Source: Halomicronema hongdechloris C2206
GTDB taxonomy: Bacteria; Cyanobacteriota; Cyanobacteriia; Phormidesmidales; Phormidesmidaceae
Direction: 5' to 3'
Assembly (NCBI RefSeq): GCF_002075285.3
Contig: NZ_CP021983.2
Location: forward strand, 3,780,001 to 3,812,000
Length of the DNA stretch: 32,000 nt
The notes beneath the pieces were generated by a model. The model ran no database searches. It was not told the origin of the DNA and saw only the letters and a program-made list of their open reading frames with translations. Positions 19,013 through 27,570 of this stretch are shown piece by piece. Made by a program: the position numbers and the translations under genes. Position 1 is the first letter of the stretch. Each line of letters starts with the position of its first letter.

Positions 19013-19095
19013 GCTATTGTCGAGATATAGACTCTGCCCACCCACCCCAGCAGGCCTATGATTCGGCAAACCTTGATTGGCTTAGGGACATTAAG
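19013..19095 (+). repeat. Copy B of the duplicated promoter/5' coding segment (the functional gene start)
   Basis: See 15035-15113. This copy continues into the full 193-aa ORF. Confidence 0.8.
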
Positions 19096-19639
19096 CATCT
19101 TAGCGGCAGGCACTGTTTCAGTTAACGCGTCAACAGATCTGCAAGTGGTTGACTCTGCCGCACTGGGTATTCGTAGAGACTTGCCCTGGTCTGAGCCCGT
19201 GCAAATTGATGACCCATTTGAAGGTCAATTCATCGGTGTCTTTGACCGCAACTATTTCTTCGATCAATTTCTCAATGCCCGTGCCCGCATTGAGATCCAA
19301 AGCCTTTGGAGTCCTGAATCAGTTCGCGTGTTGTTGATGACGCGCGATCGCGACTGCTCGGGGCACTCAATTCACCACGGCACATTATTAGACTTGGGTT
19401 GTTTAGAACTCACGACCTCTCGAAAAGTGACTGAATTGTTTGTCAGAGTAGATGAGCAAGTATTTCAGGTGTCAGGGGAAAATAACCTGTTTCAAGTCAG
19501 TGATGAATTCGCGCAAGCGCTGCAGACTGCCCCTCATGAAAATGTCAGCATTCGGCTAGTGACTGAAACCGGTGAAGTGGTAGACAGTGAAATCGGGCAG
19601 GGAACGGTTGAGGCCTGGAAAACCGTGTACACGGATTAG
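19058..19639 (+). CDS. Hypothetical secreted protein
   Basis: 193-aa ORF with a clear signal peptide (MIRQTLIGLGTLSILAAGTVSVNAS). I do not recognise the family. Confidence 0.55.
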   Translation: MIRQTLIGLGTLSILAAGTVSVNASTDLQVVDSAALGIRRDLPWSEPVQIDDPFEGQFIGVFDRNYFFDQFLNARARIEIQSLWSPESVRVLLMTRDRDCSGHSIHHGTLLDLGCLELTTSRKVTELFVRVDEQVFQVSGENNLFQVSDEFAQALQTAPHENVSIRLVTETGEVVDSEIGQGTVEAWKTVYTD

Positions 19640-19780
19640 GCAAGACACCCTACTTGACGATTGCTGGGCCATATTTTGTGCTCAATCGACCCTGAGGTGG
19701 TCTCTTGAGAAATGTGCTCAAAATAATGAGGACCTTCCTCCTATCGAATTACCCCACCGCTAGGAGATGCCCTTTCAATA

Positions 19781-19811
19781 GCCAGTTCTATAGATCAGCT
19801 AGAGAACTGGC
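19781..19811. terminator. Hairpin between convergent transcription units (possible bidirectional terminator)
   Basis: GCCAGTTCTATAG-atcag-CTAGAGAACTGGC forms a 13-bp stem with one mismatch. There is no clear U-tract, so function is uncertain. Confidence 0.3.
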
Positions 19812-20136
19812 CACATCACCAAGCTAGCACAGCTGAGCCTTTGGGTAGGTATCTTGCTTACTTCCGCTAGGGCCAACAGGTTCCCATTTTCGTAGCGACA
19901 AGTACAGAACTAATAAAGTGACACCAGCGAGAAAGGAAAGCATGTCGTCAGGCATGGATTAGAGCGCTGCCTCTAAAGCAAAATCAATCATCAATCCAGC
20001 GAGGATTGCCCAAAGCCCCATAGTTGGCCTCACAGGTTGCCTGGTAAAAGCCCTCAATCGATTTGGACGGCGAGTTGCCTGCCGTTGCTTAACCCGAACT
20101 GAGGTTAGGCAGTAATTAGCTCTCATGGGGCATGGG

Positions 20137-21180
20137 TTAGCTATTGCGATACAACAGCCAGAGGAAGTAGGGCGCACCGATGACAGCGGTAATCACGCCG
20201 CAGGGTAGCTCGATGGGGGCAAACAGTAACCGTCCGGCTAAGTCAGCTAGCTCCACGATGCAAGCGCCGGTCAAGGCGGCCACCGGCATCAACCCGGCAT
20301 GAGATGGACCCACAAATTGCCGGGCCAGGTGAGGCGCCATTAATCCTACAAAGCCAATGGTGCCTGCCGTGGCAACGGAAGTCCCGGCCAGCGCCACGGT
20401 GCAGAGCAGCAGTAAACTGCGAGTCCACTCCACCCGGCTGCCGAGTCCTTGAGCCAGATGATCCCCCAGGTTGAGGGTGTCCAGATCTCGCGCCAGCACC
20501 AGGGCCAATGGCATAAACACCACCAGCCAGGGCAATAGCGGCCAGAGGTGTTCCCAACTACGACCATAGACGCTGCCGGTGAGCCAGACCAACGCCTGAC
20601 TGACGGCATAGATTTCGCCGAAGGTGATCATGAGGCTGGTGAGAGACCCCGTGAGCGCGGTGAGGCCAATGCCCACCAGAATCAGCCTGACTGGCGAGCT
20701 GCCCTGCTTCCAGGCCAACAGGTAAATTGCGATCGCAGCCCCCAATCCTCCTAAAAAGGCCGCTACTGGTAGCCAGCCCACAGCAATGCCTGGCAGCAAC
20801 ACGATGAAGGCCACTGCCACCAGACTCGCCCCCGAATTGATGCCGATGATCTCCGGAGCGGCTAAGGGATTACGAGTGAGTCCCTGCAAAATCGTCCCTG
20901 CTGTCGCCAATCCCATCCCCACCAGCAGCGCCACCAGAGCCCGCGGCAAGCGCAGGGTATTGATCACAAAGGCGTAGTCGGGATTCGCGGGCAGTCCCAG
21001 GATGGTCTTGACCACCTGCAGGGGCGGCACCGGATATTCGCCCTGGCTGACGTTGAAGACCAACGACGTCAACGCGACAAAGGCCAATAGCACCAGCACT
21101 ATGGGGACTCGGCGATCGACCCGAAAAGAAATCGGGAAACGCCGTAGTCGAATTGATAGCCAAGGTTTTGCAGAAGTCAT
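20137..21180 (-). CDS. Iron-siderophore ABC transporter permease (FecCD family)
   Basis: Polytopic protein with FecCD-type motifs: [44 protein letters not shown] and GTIGFVGLMAPHLAR. The ATG at 21180 (MTSAKPW...) is preferred, because the ORF-track TTG start at 21234 lies inside the heptamer repeat. Confidence 0.8.
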   Translation of the reverse strand: MTSAKPWLSIRLRRFPISFRVDRRVPIVLVLLAFVALTSLVFNVSQGEYPVPPLQVVKTILGLPANPDYAFVINTLRLPRALVALLVGMGLATAGTILQGLTRNPLAAPEIIGINSGASLVAVAFIVLLPGIAVGWLPVAAFLGGLGAAIAIYLLAWKQGSSPVRLILVGIGLTALTGSLTSLMITFGEIYAVSQALVWLTGSVYGRSWEHLWPLLPWLVVFMPLALVLARDLDTLNLGDHLAQGLGSRVEWTRSLLLLCTVALAGTSVATAGTIGFVGLMAPHLARQFVGPSHAGLMPVAALTGACIVELADLAGRLLFAPIELPCGVITAVIGAPYFLWLLYRNS

Positions 21181-21223
21181 CACTAGGGGTAGAAAAGTTT
21201 GAGGGGTGAGGGAATGACTCACT

Positions 21224-21251
21224 TCAAAACTCAAAACTCAAAACTCAAAAC
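21224..21251. repeat. Heptamer tandem repeat TCAAAAC x4 (GTTTTGA on the transcribed strand)
   Basis: Four perfect units fill the spacer between the two permease genes. Confidence 0.9.
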
Positions 21252-21260
21252 TATGCGGGC

Positions 21261-22328
21261 TCAGCGTTTGATGCGCGATCGGGCCAGATAAATAAAGAAA
21301 GGAGCCCCAATCAGCGCGGTCATAATGCCCACCGGCAGCTCCTGGGGTTGAATCACTAGCCGGGCCGCCATATCTGCCAACGACAGCAAAATACCACCGA
21401 CCAGCATGGCGTAGGGCAAAATCCAGCGATAATCGACACCGACGCCAAAGCGAATCACATGGGGGACGACCAGGCCGATGAAGCCGATGGGACCTGCCAG
21501 GGCCACGGCACTCCCCGCCAACAGCACCACCACCACGGCCGCAGTCACCTTCACCCAAGCCGTTTGCAACCCCAATCCCTGGGCCACATCTTCTCCCAAC
21601 GACAGCAGCGTCAACTGCCGCCCCAGGGCTAGGGAACCCGCCAACCCCACGGCGACATAGGGTAATACTGGCAGCATACTGGCCAGATCTTGCCCGGCCA
21701 GGGAACCGGCCAGCCAGAAACGAATATCATCCAGGGTGCGCTGGCTGAGAATGAGGATACCAGTGGTGAGGGAGCTGAGCAGATATGACAGAGCCGCCCC
21801 GGCGATCACCAGCTTCAGTGGCGTCAGGCCACTGCGGCCCATGGAGCCCAACCAATAGACGGTGACTGCTGCGATCGCCGCTCCGGCAAAGGCAAACCCC
21901 ACATAGGTGCCGCTGCCACCGCCAATAAACACCGCCAGCACCATCGCCAGCGCCGCCCCCACATTGATGCCTAAGATGTCAGGCGCAGCCAGGGGATTGC
22001 GCGTCAGCCCCTGGGTAATCGCCCCGGCCACCGCCAGAGCCGCTCCCACAACCACCGCCAGAACCGCTCGCGGTAGCCGCACCGTGCGAATGATCAAATG
22101 CTCCGTGGAGCCATCAAACTGAAACATCGCTTGCCACACCGTATCGGGGGCAATATCTGCGGCTCCCAACAAAATGCTGGCCAAGAGACACCCCAGGAGG
22201 ACAACACCGCCCAGGATCAATCCCAGCACCAGCCCGTAGGGAGATTTAGTGCGGGCTAAGGGATGCGATGACCCTTCCGGGCCAGTCTTCGACCATCGCA
22301 CCATCGGGGAGCCAGACCGTTTACTCAT
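21261..22328 (-). CDS. Iron-siderophore ABC transporter permease (FecCD family)
   Basis: ATG start. Motifs [44 protein letters not shown] and [15 protein letters not shown]. Paralog of the downstream permease. Confidence 0.8.
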   Translation of the reverse strand: MSKRSGSPMVRWSKTGPEGSSHPLARTKSPYGLVLGLILGGVVLLGCLLASILLGAADIAPDTVWQAMFQFDGSTEHLIIRTVRLPRAVLAVVVGAALAVAGAITQGLTRNPLAAPDILGINVGAALAMVLAVFIGGGSGTYVGFAFAGAAIAAVTVYWLGSMGRSGLTPLKLVIAGAALSYLLSSLTTGILILSQRTLDDIRFWLAGSLAGQDLASMLPVLPYVAVGLAGSLALGRQLTLLSLGEDVAQGLGLQTAWVKVTAAVVVVLLAGSAVALAGPIGFIGLVVPHVIRFGVGVDYRWILPYAMLVGGILLSLADMAARLVIQPQELPVGIMTALIGAPFFIYLARSRIKR

Positions 22329-22370
22329 TCAAAACTCAAAATTCAAAATTCAAAACTCAAAATTCATTAC
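22329..22370. repeat. Heptamer tandem repeat TCAAAAC/TCAAAAT x5 plus a degenerate unit
   Basis: TCAAAAC TCAAAAT TCAAAAT TCAAAAC TCAAAAT TCATTAC occupies essentially the whole exbD-permease spacer and abuts the permease ATG. Confidence 0.9.
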
Positions 22371-22381
22371 CCCTCGCCCAC

Positions 22382-22798
22382 TCACCGACTCTCCGGTTCC
22401 GGCTGCTCCGTCGCGATGCCTAAGGTGGCTCCCTCAATGTCTCGGAGCTGATCCATCACGGCAATGACCCGGCCATGATTCACCGCTTCATCGGCATTAA
22501 TGACAATCACCGATTCCTGACGGCTGTCCATCAGGTCCCGTACCCCAGCCTGCAAATTCTCCAGGACAATGGGATCGCGGTTCAGGGCAATATCGCCGGA
22601 GGCTTCCACAGTCACTGTGATGCGAGTGCGATCCTGAACCTCAGCGCTGGCGGCTTTAGGGAGATTCACAGGCAACGATTCAGAGCGGGTCAAAAATAGG
22701 CTAGAAATGATGAAAAACGTCAAAATCGCGAAGATGACGTCGATCATCGGCACAATATTCAGGTCGAACTCCTCTTCTGACTCATCAAGATGATACAT
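22382..22798 (-). CDS. exbD: Biopolymer transport protein ExbD/TolR
   Basis: From the ATG at 22798: MYHLDESEEEFDLNIVPMIDVIFAILTFFIISSLF...LPVNLP...ITVTVEASGDIALN...VIVINADEAVNHGRVIAVMDQL. It has a single N-terminal TM helix and the ExbD periplasmic domain pattern. It overlaps the exbB stop by 14 nt. Confidence 0.85.
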   Translation of the reverse strand: MYHLDESEEEFDLNIVPMIDVIFAILTFFIISSLFLTRSESLPVNLPKAASAEVQDRTRITVTVEASGDIALNRDPIVLENLQAGVRDLMDSRQESVIVINADEAVNHGRVIAVMDQLRDIEGATLGIATEQPEPESR

Positions 22799-23435
22799 AG
22801 GCTCCCTCCTCCAGCTGGCTCCGGCGCTCGTAGTGGGTTTCGTAGAGAATCTCCAACTGTCCGCCATACTCTTGGATGAGCGCCACCTGCCGCTTGTAGA
22901 GGCCCCGGAAGAGATTGGCAAACAGCAGCGTGCCGATGGCGACGATCAGCCCGGCAGCAGTAGAGACCAGGGCTTCACTGATGCCGCCGGTGACGGCTCC
23001 AGCATTTTCGGCAATATCCCCCAGCTGAATCGCATCGAAGGAGCGAATCAAGCCCAGGATCGTGCCTAGCAGCCCCAACAGCGGTGAGACACTGATGATG
23101 GTGGCAAAGAGGGTGCTAAAGCGGCGCAGATGGGGGAGTTCCGCCTGCATGGCACTGGCCAGGGCTAAGTGAAATTGCTTGGGGCTGGCCCCTTCAATCT
23201 CTAGGGCTTCTAGAAAAATGCGGGCAACGGGCAGGTTAATGTTCTGCCGTAGCTTCGGGTACACATCCATGGGGGCCTGGCGATAGGTGCGCAGAATGTC
23301 CTGCATCACTCGACGTTGGCGACGATTGAGGCGCACCCAAAAGACTAACCGCTCGATGATCAGTGCGATCGCAACCACCGAAAACACCAGCAGCGGCCAC
23401 ATAACAACGCCACCGGCGGCAAAGATACTTCCCAT
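22785..23435 (-). CDS. exbB: MotA/TolQ/ExbB proton-channel protein
   Basis: From the ATG at 23435: MGSIFAAGGVVMWPLLVFSVVAIALIIERLVFW...SPLLGLLGTILGLIRSF...GGISEALVSTAAGLIVAIGTLLF. Typical ExbB motifs. Confidence 0.85.
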   Translation of the reverse strand: MGSIFAAGGVVMWPLLVFSVVAIALIIERLVFWVRLNRRQRRVMQDILRTYRQAPMDVYPKLRQNINLPVARIFLEALEIEGASPKQFHLALASAMQAELPHLRRFSTLFATIISVSPLLGLLGTILGLIRSFDAIQLGDIAENAGAVTGGISEALVSTAAGLIVAIGTLLFANLFRGLYKRQVALIQEYGGQLEILYETHYERRSQLEEGAYVSS

Positions 23436-23457
23436 AATTTTCAGCCACTCACAGTCA

Positions 23458-23510
23458 CTATTGAAAATAGCTTTCAGGTGAATTGAGCCTGATTCTGGCC
23501 ACCTTGTCAA
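23458..23510 (-). promoter_or_regulatory. Candidate exbB promoter (-35 TTGACA, 17-nt spacer, -10 CTCAAT) followed by palindrome CTATT-GAA-AATAG
   Basis: On the minus strand there is a perfect TTGACA (23505-23510), a 17-nt spacer and CTCAAT (23482-23487). An A/T-rich palindrome (23458-23470) lies just downstream and could be a repressor (Fur-type) site. Confidence 0.3.
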
Positions 23511-23661
23511 GGATACTATGGGGAGTAATTCCTGGCAGGCTGAGGGGTAAATCGAGCCAGCATTCATCCACATCCAAGCCATACCAGTCATTTTGGCAAG
23601 TCTCTACGATTTTGCTGCAGCAGTAAATCATCATCAACGCCAGAAAAGTTCCCAATAGGGC

Positions 23662-23690
23662 TTGACTTGGCAACAGTTTTTCTCAACTAT
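23662..23690 (+). promoter_or_regulatory. Candidate tonB promoter (-35 TTGACT, 17-nt spacer, weak -10 AACTAT)
   Basis: TTGACT at 23662-23667 and AACTAT at 23685-23690, about 45 nt upstream of the tonB ATG. The -10 match is weak. Confidence 0.2.
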
Positions 23691-23732
23691 TGCTGTAACC
23701 CCCTACTTACTCCCTTTGCTCGGGTAACCCCC

Positions 23733-24968
23733 ATGAGTCTCTCTTCCCTCTGCGCCGAACAGCATCAGCAAGATCTGGCCAAGCTACGCAGACTCCTGCT
23801 CTTCGGGCTGCTGGGCTCCTTAGGGCTGCATGCGATCGCATTCGGCCTCAGCGAGCTGGGGCTATGGCAACGGCCTCCGGAGGCAGAACTATCTGCCATC
23901 GAATTAGTCGTGGCCGACCCTCCGCCTGATGAGCCCGAACCCGAACCCGAACCTGAGCCTGTCCTAGAGCAGCCTGCCGAACTCAGTACCGAAACTAACA
24001 ATCCCGCCCCCGCGGCACCGGCCAAGGCAACAGTAGAAGCCCCAACCCCGCAGCCAGTTGAGGACGCGGCTCCCCCCGACCCGATCGAGCCAGAGACCCC
24101 AGAAACAGAGGCCGAATCAGAGCTGGAGGTAGCAGAAGATCCCGAAGACCCGGCCGCAGAAGATACCGAAGAGTCGCTGCTAGAAGAGGCCGAGGTGGCC
24201 GCCGCCCCCGATACCGATACCCTCGATCGACTGCGAGAGCGATTAGAGCAGCAACGGCAAGCCACGACCGCCGGAGATACCGACGACCAGGAGGCTGCTT
24301 CCCCCAGTCCTGCCGATGAGACCAACACGGCTGCCGCCCCGTCCAATACCTCAGGGGGGAGCGGTCAGGGGCGGGGATCGCGTACCGTCGCCTGTCGCAG
24401 CTGTGTCACCCCAGCCTATCCCCGCAGTGCTCGCCAAGCTGGCATCGAAGGGCAAACCCTAGTCAGCGTTCAAATTAACCCCAATGGCACCGTGCGTAGT
24501 GTCACCCTGGTGCGCTCCAGTGGCAATGCTGCCCTGGATCAGGCGGCGATTCAGGCAGCCCGACGCTCGACCTTTCAGCCCATTGCCGGTGGGGCCAGTG
24601 TTAACTTAGCCCATCACTTCACCCTAGAGGGGTCCCAACGTCACCGCGAGGCCCAGCGACGAGGCGACCGGCGCTCCGTTGAGCTCCCCGATGACGGGCC
24701 GAACGATGCCACGGCCCAAGGGCAGACCGAGGCCGAGTCACCAGAGCCATCTCCCAGTCCAGAGAGTACGCCCACCCCAGCACCCACCCCAACACCCACC
24801 CCAACACCGACACCCACGCCTACGCCCACGCCGACACCCACCCCCACCCCCACCCCTCAACCGGCCCCATCTCCAACCCCCTCAGCGAGTCCTGAGCCTA
24901 GCCCAGCCCCCGAGCCTGCTCCTACCAGTTCGTCGGCGGAAGAGACTAGCGAAGACTCCTCTGACTAG
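23733..24968 (+). CDS. tonB: Energy transducer TonB with an extra C-terminal Thr-Pro-rich tail
   Basis: From the ATG at 23733: TM anchor [19 protein letters not shown]; Pro/Glu-rich spacer ([15 protein letters not shown]...); TonB C-terminal domain ([55 protein letters not shown]). About 110 further residues follow, including a long TP-dipeptide repeat run. Confidence 0.85.
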   Translation: MSLSSLCAEQHQQDLAKLRRLLLFGLLGSLGLHAIAFGLSELGLWQRPPEAELSAIELVVADPPPDEPEPEPEPEPVLEQPAELSTETNNPAPAAPAKATVEAPTPQPVEDAAPPDPIEPETPETEAESELEVAEDPEDPAAEDTEESLLEEAEVAAAPDTDTLDRLRERLEQQRQATTAGDTDDQEAASPSPADETNTAAAPSNTSGGSGQGRGSRTVACRSCVTPAYPRSARQAGIEGQTLVSVQINPNGTVRSVTLVRSSGNAALDQAAIQAARRSTFQPIAGGASVNLAHHFTLEGSQRHREAQRRGDRRSVELPDDGPNDATAQGQTEAESPEPSPSPESTPTPAPTPTPTPTPTPTPTPTPTPTPTPTPQPAPSPTPSASPEPSPAPEPAPTSSSAEETSEDSSD

Positions 24969-24980
24969 GGGGTTGCAACC

Positions 24981-25088
24981 ATGGAAGATAGCCGCTTCAA
25001 CCCTGAGCGCTGGGATCACTGGCTTTTGATTGTGGCGTTTTTGGCCCTCTCAGGCTGGATCCTCTGGAAAGTATATTCACACCGATAA
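24981..25088 (+). CDS. Small (35 aa) single-pass membrane protein, unannotated by the ORF track
   Basis: ATG is 12 nt after the tonB stop, with AGGGGG about 9 nt upstream. The peptide is MEDSRFNPERWDHWLLIVAFLALSGWILWKVYSHR: charged N-terminus, one hydrophobic helix, basic C-terminus. Confidence 0.4.
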   Translation: MEDSRFNPERWDHWLLIVAFLALSGWILWKVYSHR

Positions 25089-25414
25089 GGAAACTGATGC
25101 CGAGGTGATCCCTGCTGTTGGAGTGACCCCTAGTCGCTGGACAGGGCGCTAGCAGTCCCACAGCCGGAATGGCTCAGGCGGTTGCAGGATGCCATGGGGC
25201 GGTGTTGTATGGACTAGCTGCGATCGCAATGACCCTAGTAGGGCTCTACGGAATTGCTCCAGCCTTGGTCCTTAGAGCAGTGGCGCACAGATCCTGCCAT
25301 TGCCCCGATTCTGGCCCTGCTCGAAGATCTCTCAAGCAGTACCGCGTCAGCCGCATCACTCAGATAGAACCTTGATATGGTCCACCTAGGAGGAGGCTGG
25401 TAAGGGCAGTTTCC

Positions 25415-27229
25415 CTAGGCTAAACTGCCTGCCAAAATAACGTCTTGATAGCTACCAGATTGAACGATCTCACCCTGGTGCATCAAATAGACGCGATCGC
25501 AATGCTCCACGGTAGACAAGCGGTGGGCAATGATAATCATTGTTTTCTGGCCACTTAAAGACTTAATGGACTCAGTGACCAGACGCTCTGTTTCATTATC
25601 TAGGGCAGAGGTGGCCTCATCCAACACTAGGATCTCTCGCTCATGGTAGAGGGCCCGGGCAATGCCAACCCGCTGGCGTTGCCCCCCAGATAGACAAACA
25701 CCACGCTCACCGATGCGAGTGGCCAAGGAATTGGGCAGCTGCTCTATAAGCTCTTTGAGCTGGGCTGCCTCTATGGCGTGCCACAGACGCTCATAATCAA
25801 TGCTCTCATCGGCAACACCAAAGGCGATGTTGCGCTCGATGGTATCGTCAATCAGAAAAATCGATTGGGGAATGTAACCAATCAGATTTTGCCATGCTCG
25901 CAAATCTTTGTAGACAGAGCGGCCATCTACTTTAATATCTCCTCCGGACGGGGGCAATAGGCCTAATATCAAGTCAACTAACGTCGTTTTCCCAGCCCCA
26001 GATTTACCAATTAGGGCAACCGATTCTCCTTTCTTGAGTGAGAAGCTGACCTGGCGCAGGGCTAAATCGGTAGCTTCTTCGTACTTGAAGGACACGGCTT
26101 CCACATCAACTCCCGACTTGAAAGGAAAGGTTTTCGGCAAAGATGATGTCGATGCCCCGACATTAGAGGTTCTGGGCAAGAAGCACTTCTCATCGATATT
26201 TAAATCTTCAAGCTCTTTGAAATCGTGATACAGCTTGTCTACCACATAGGTTGTACTTCTCAATTTGGTTAGACCAGAGGTCAATTGAGTAGTCACGGGC
26301 ATGAGACGAATTGCCACTACGCCAAAGATACCCAATGTAGAGATCAGATCCTCAGGGTTTGATCTGAAAATCAATGAGAAGGAGGCCAGTCCCAGAATGA
26401 AGGTAATGATCACCGACTCGATCACTAATCTAGGTAAAATACCGAAGCTCATTAGAGAGGTGGATGCTTTTACATTACGAGCGACCTGTTCCTGCAGTTG
26501 ATGCTCAAAGTAAGGTTCGCAGCCAATGACTCGGGTTTCCTTTAATCCACCTAGACTGTGATTAATGATTCGGATCATCTCAGCCTGGGAGTTTGATATT
26601 ATTTTTCCCCATGTAGACAGATTTCTTCGAAATTTTACGATCATCCCAAAGGTCAACAAGAGGACCACAGAAATCACTAGTGTTGCCAGCGTGTCTGTGA
26701 TCATCAGCAAGCTAACTAGACTGATGATCATCACCACACTAACTGTCGAGTTCAACAACTCAAGTAGTGTCTTGTTACAGAAAACATTAGTCTCAGTAAC
26801 TATATTTTGAATTAGAAAGGCAGTATTACGCTTTAGATGATAAGTATATGGCAGCTTTAAGTATGCATTCAGAAGCCGAGAACGAAGTTCACCGGACCGC
26901 TCAATACTAAACTTAAATATGAATCGCCTGACTTTATAGCTAAAATAAGCTTTGCTGTAGAAGACTAAGAGAATAAAAATTGCTAGGGCAGCGATAAAGG
27001 ACTCTTCTGAGCCTAAGCCCGATATGTCATAAAGTTGACTAATAAAGGAATTTTTGTTAATCGAGTCAGGGTTGCTCGCGAGTGCGATAAAAGGCCCAAT
27101 AAGGCCAATCCCGACAGCTTCCATGAAAGAAGTTAATAAAATGGAAGTGAGTAAGGCTAATAATGCTGTTTTTTTATCGGAGAGGATGTAGAGGAATTTA
27201 CGAATATATTGGCTCATCTCACTGCTCAA
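25415..27229 (-). CDS. ABC exporter, fused permease-ATPase (MsbA/PglK-like lipid or lipid-linked glycan flippase type)
   Basis: Six-TM N-terminal domain plus an NBD with Walker A GKSGAGKTT, signature LSGGQRQR, Walker B ILVLDEATSALD and H-loop IIIAHRL. The N-terminus KFLYILSDKKTALLALL...FMEAVGIGLIGPFIAL resembles PglK/WlaB-type exporters, as I recall them. Its TM-domain half (upstream end) has markedly lower GC than neighbouring genes, and its upstream 1.7 kb contains no HIP1. Confidence 0.8.
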   Translation of the reverse strand: MSSEMSQYIRKFLYILSDKKTALLALLTSILLTSFMEAVGIGLIGPFIALASNPDSINKNSFISQLYDISGLGSEESFIAALAIFILLVFYSKAYFSYKVRRFIFKFSIERSGELRSRLLNAYLKLPYTYHLKRNTAFLIQNIVTETNVFCNKTLLELLNSTVSVVMIISLVSLLMITDTLATLVISVVLLLTFGMIVKFRRNLSTWGKIISNSQAEMIRIINHSLGGLKETRVIGCEPYFEHQLQEQVARNVKASTSLMSFGILPRLVIESVIITFILGLASFSLIFRSNPEDLISTLGIFGVVAIRLMPVTTQLTSGLTKLRSTTYVVDKLYHDFKELEDLNIDEKCFLPRTSNVGASTSSLPKTFPFKSGVDVEAVSFKYEEATDLALRQVSFSLKKGESVALIGKSGAGKTTLVDLILGLLPPSGGDIKVDGRSVYKDLRAWQNLIGYIPQSIFLIDDTIERNIAFGVADESIDYERLWHAIEAAQLKELIEQLPNSLATRIGERGVCLSGGQRQRVGIARALYHEREILVLDEATSALDNETERLVTESIKSLSGQKTMIIIAHRLSTVEHCDRVYLMHQGEIVQSGSYQDVILAGSLA

Positions 27230-27570
27230 GTGTTTGCCGCAGATGCTACTACCAAGTCTGATTTAGTCACTAGAGTCTTTCTTAGTACACTATTACTCTA
27301 GACTTGGACAAGGTTTATCCTATCCCGGCAGACCGTGGATTAGGCCGGATAGGACAGTGCTTTATCGGATCTTCAACCTTATTGCCAGGGGGATAAAAGT
27401 CTGGTCGCAGTGTCCAGAAGGCCTTCATGGCTACCTGTTATTTCTGGCTAACGTCGCCTTAACTACGGCAAGCAGCCCGAGCTTATGGGAAAATAGTACT
27501 GTGCACTCGTAGCGTCCGATTCCCAAAAGCCGCCTTACCCTAAAGATAGGGATGGCGGCAGTAAGGGTAG

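Noticed and set aside
23765-24346. 193-aa minus-strand ORF rich in Ser/Gly/Ala
   Set aside because: It is the antisense translation of the Pro/Glu/Ala-rich TonB spacer.
24619-25029. ORFs giving GVGVGV..., LGWVLGWV... and PPQHPPQH... peptides
   Set aside because: They are alternative-frame or antisense readings of the Thr-Pro repeat DNA in the tonB tail.
25169-25375. 68-aa plus-strand ORF with a hydrophobic N-terminal half and an in-frame HIP1 (A-I-A)
   Set aside because: There is no convincing start context or family resemblance. It might be real, but the evidence is too thin to annotate.
25399-25423. Hairpin GGCAGTTT-ccctaggct-AAACTGCC at the 3' end of the ABC exporter gene as a terminator
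   Set aside because: One arm and the loop overlap the stop codon and coding sequence, and no U-tract follows on the transcribed strand. Too weak to call.
26363-26371. A further copy of the AATGAGAAG operator half-site
   Set aside because: It lies deep inside the ABC exporter coding region and is most likely a chance match. I record it as a caution for the operator hypothesis.
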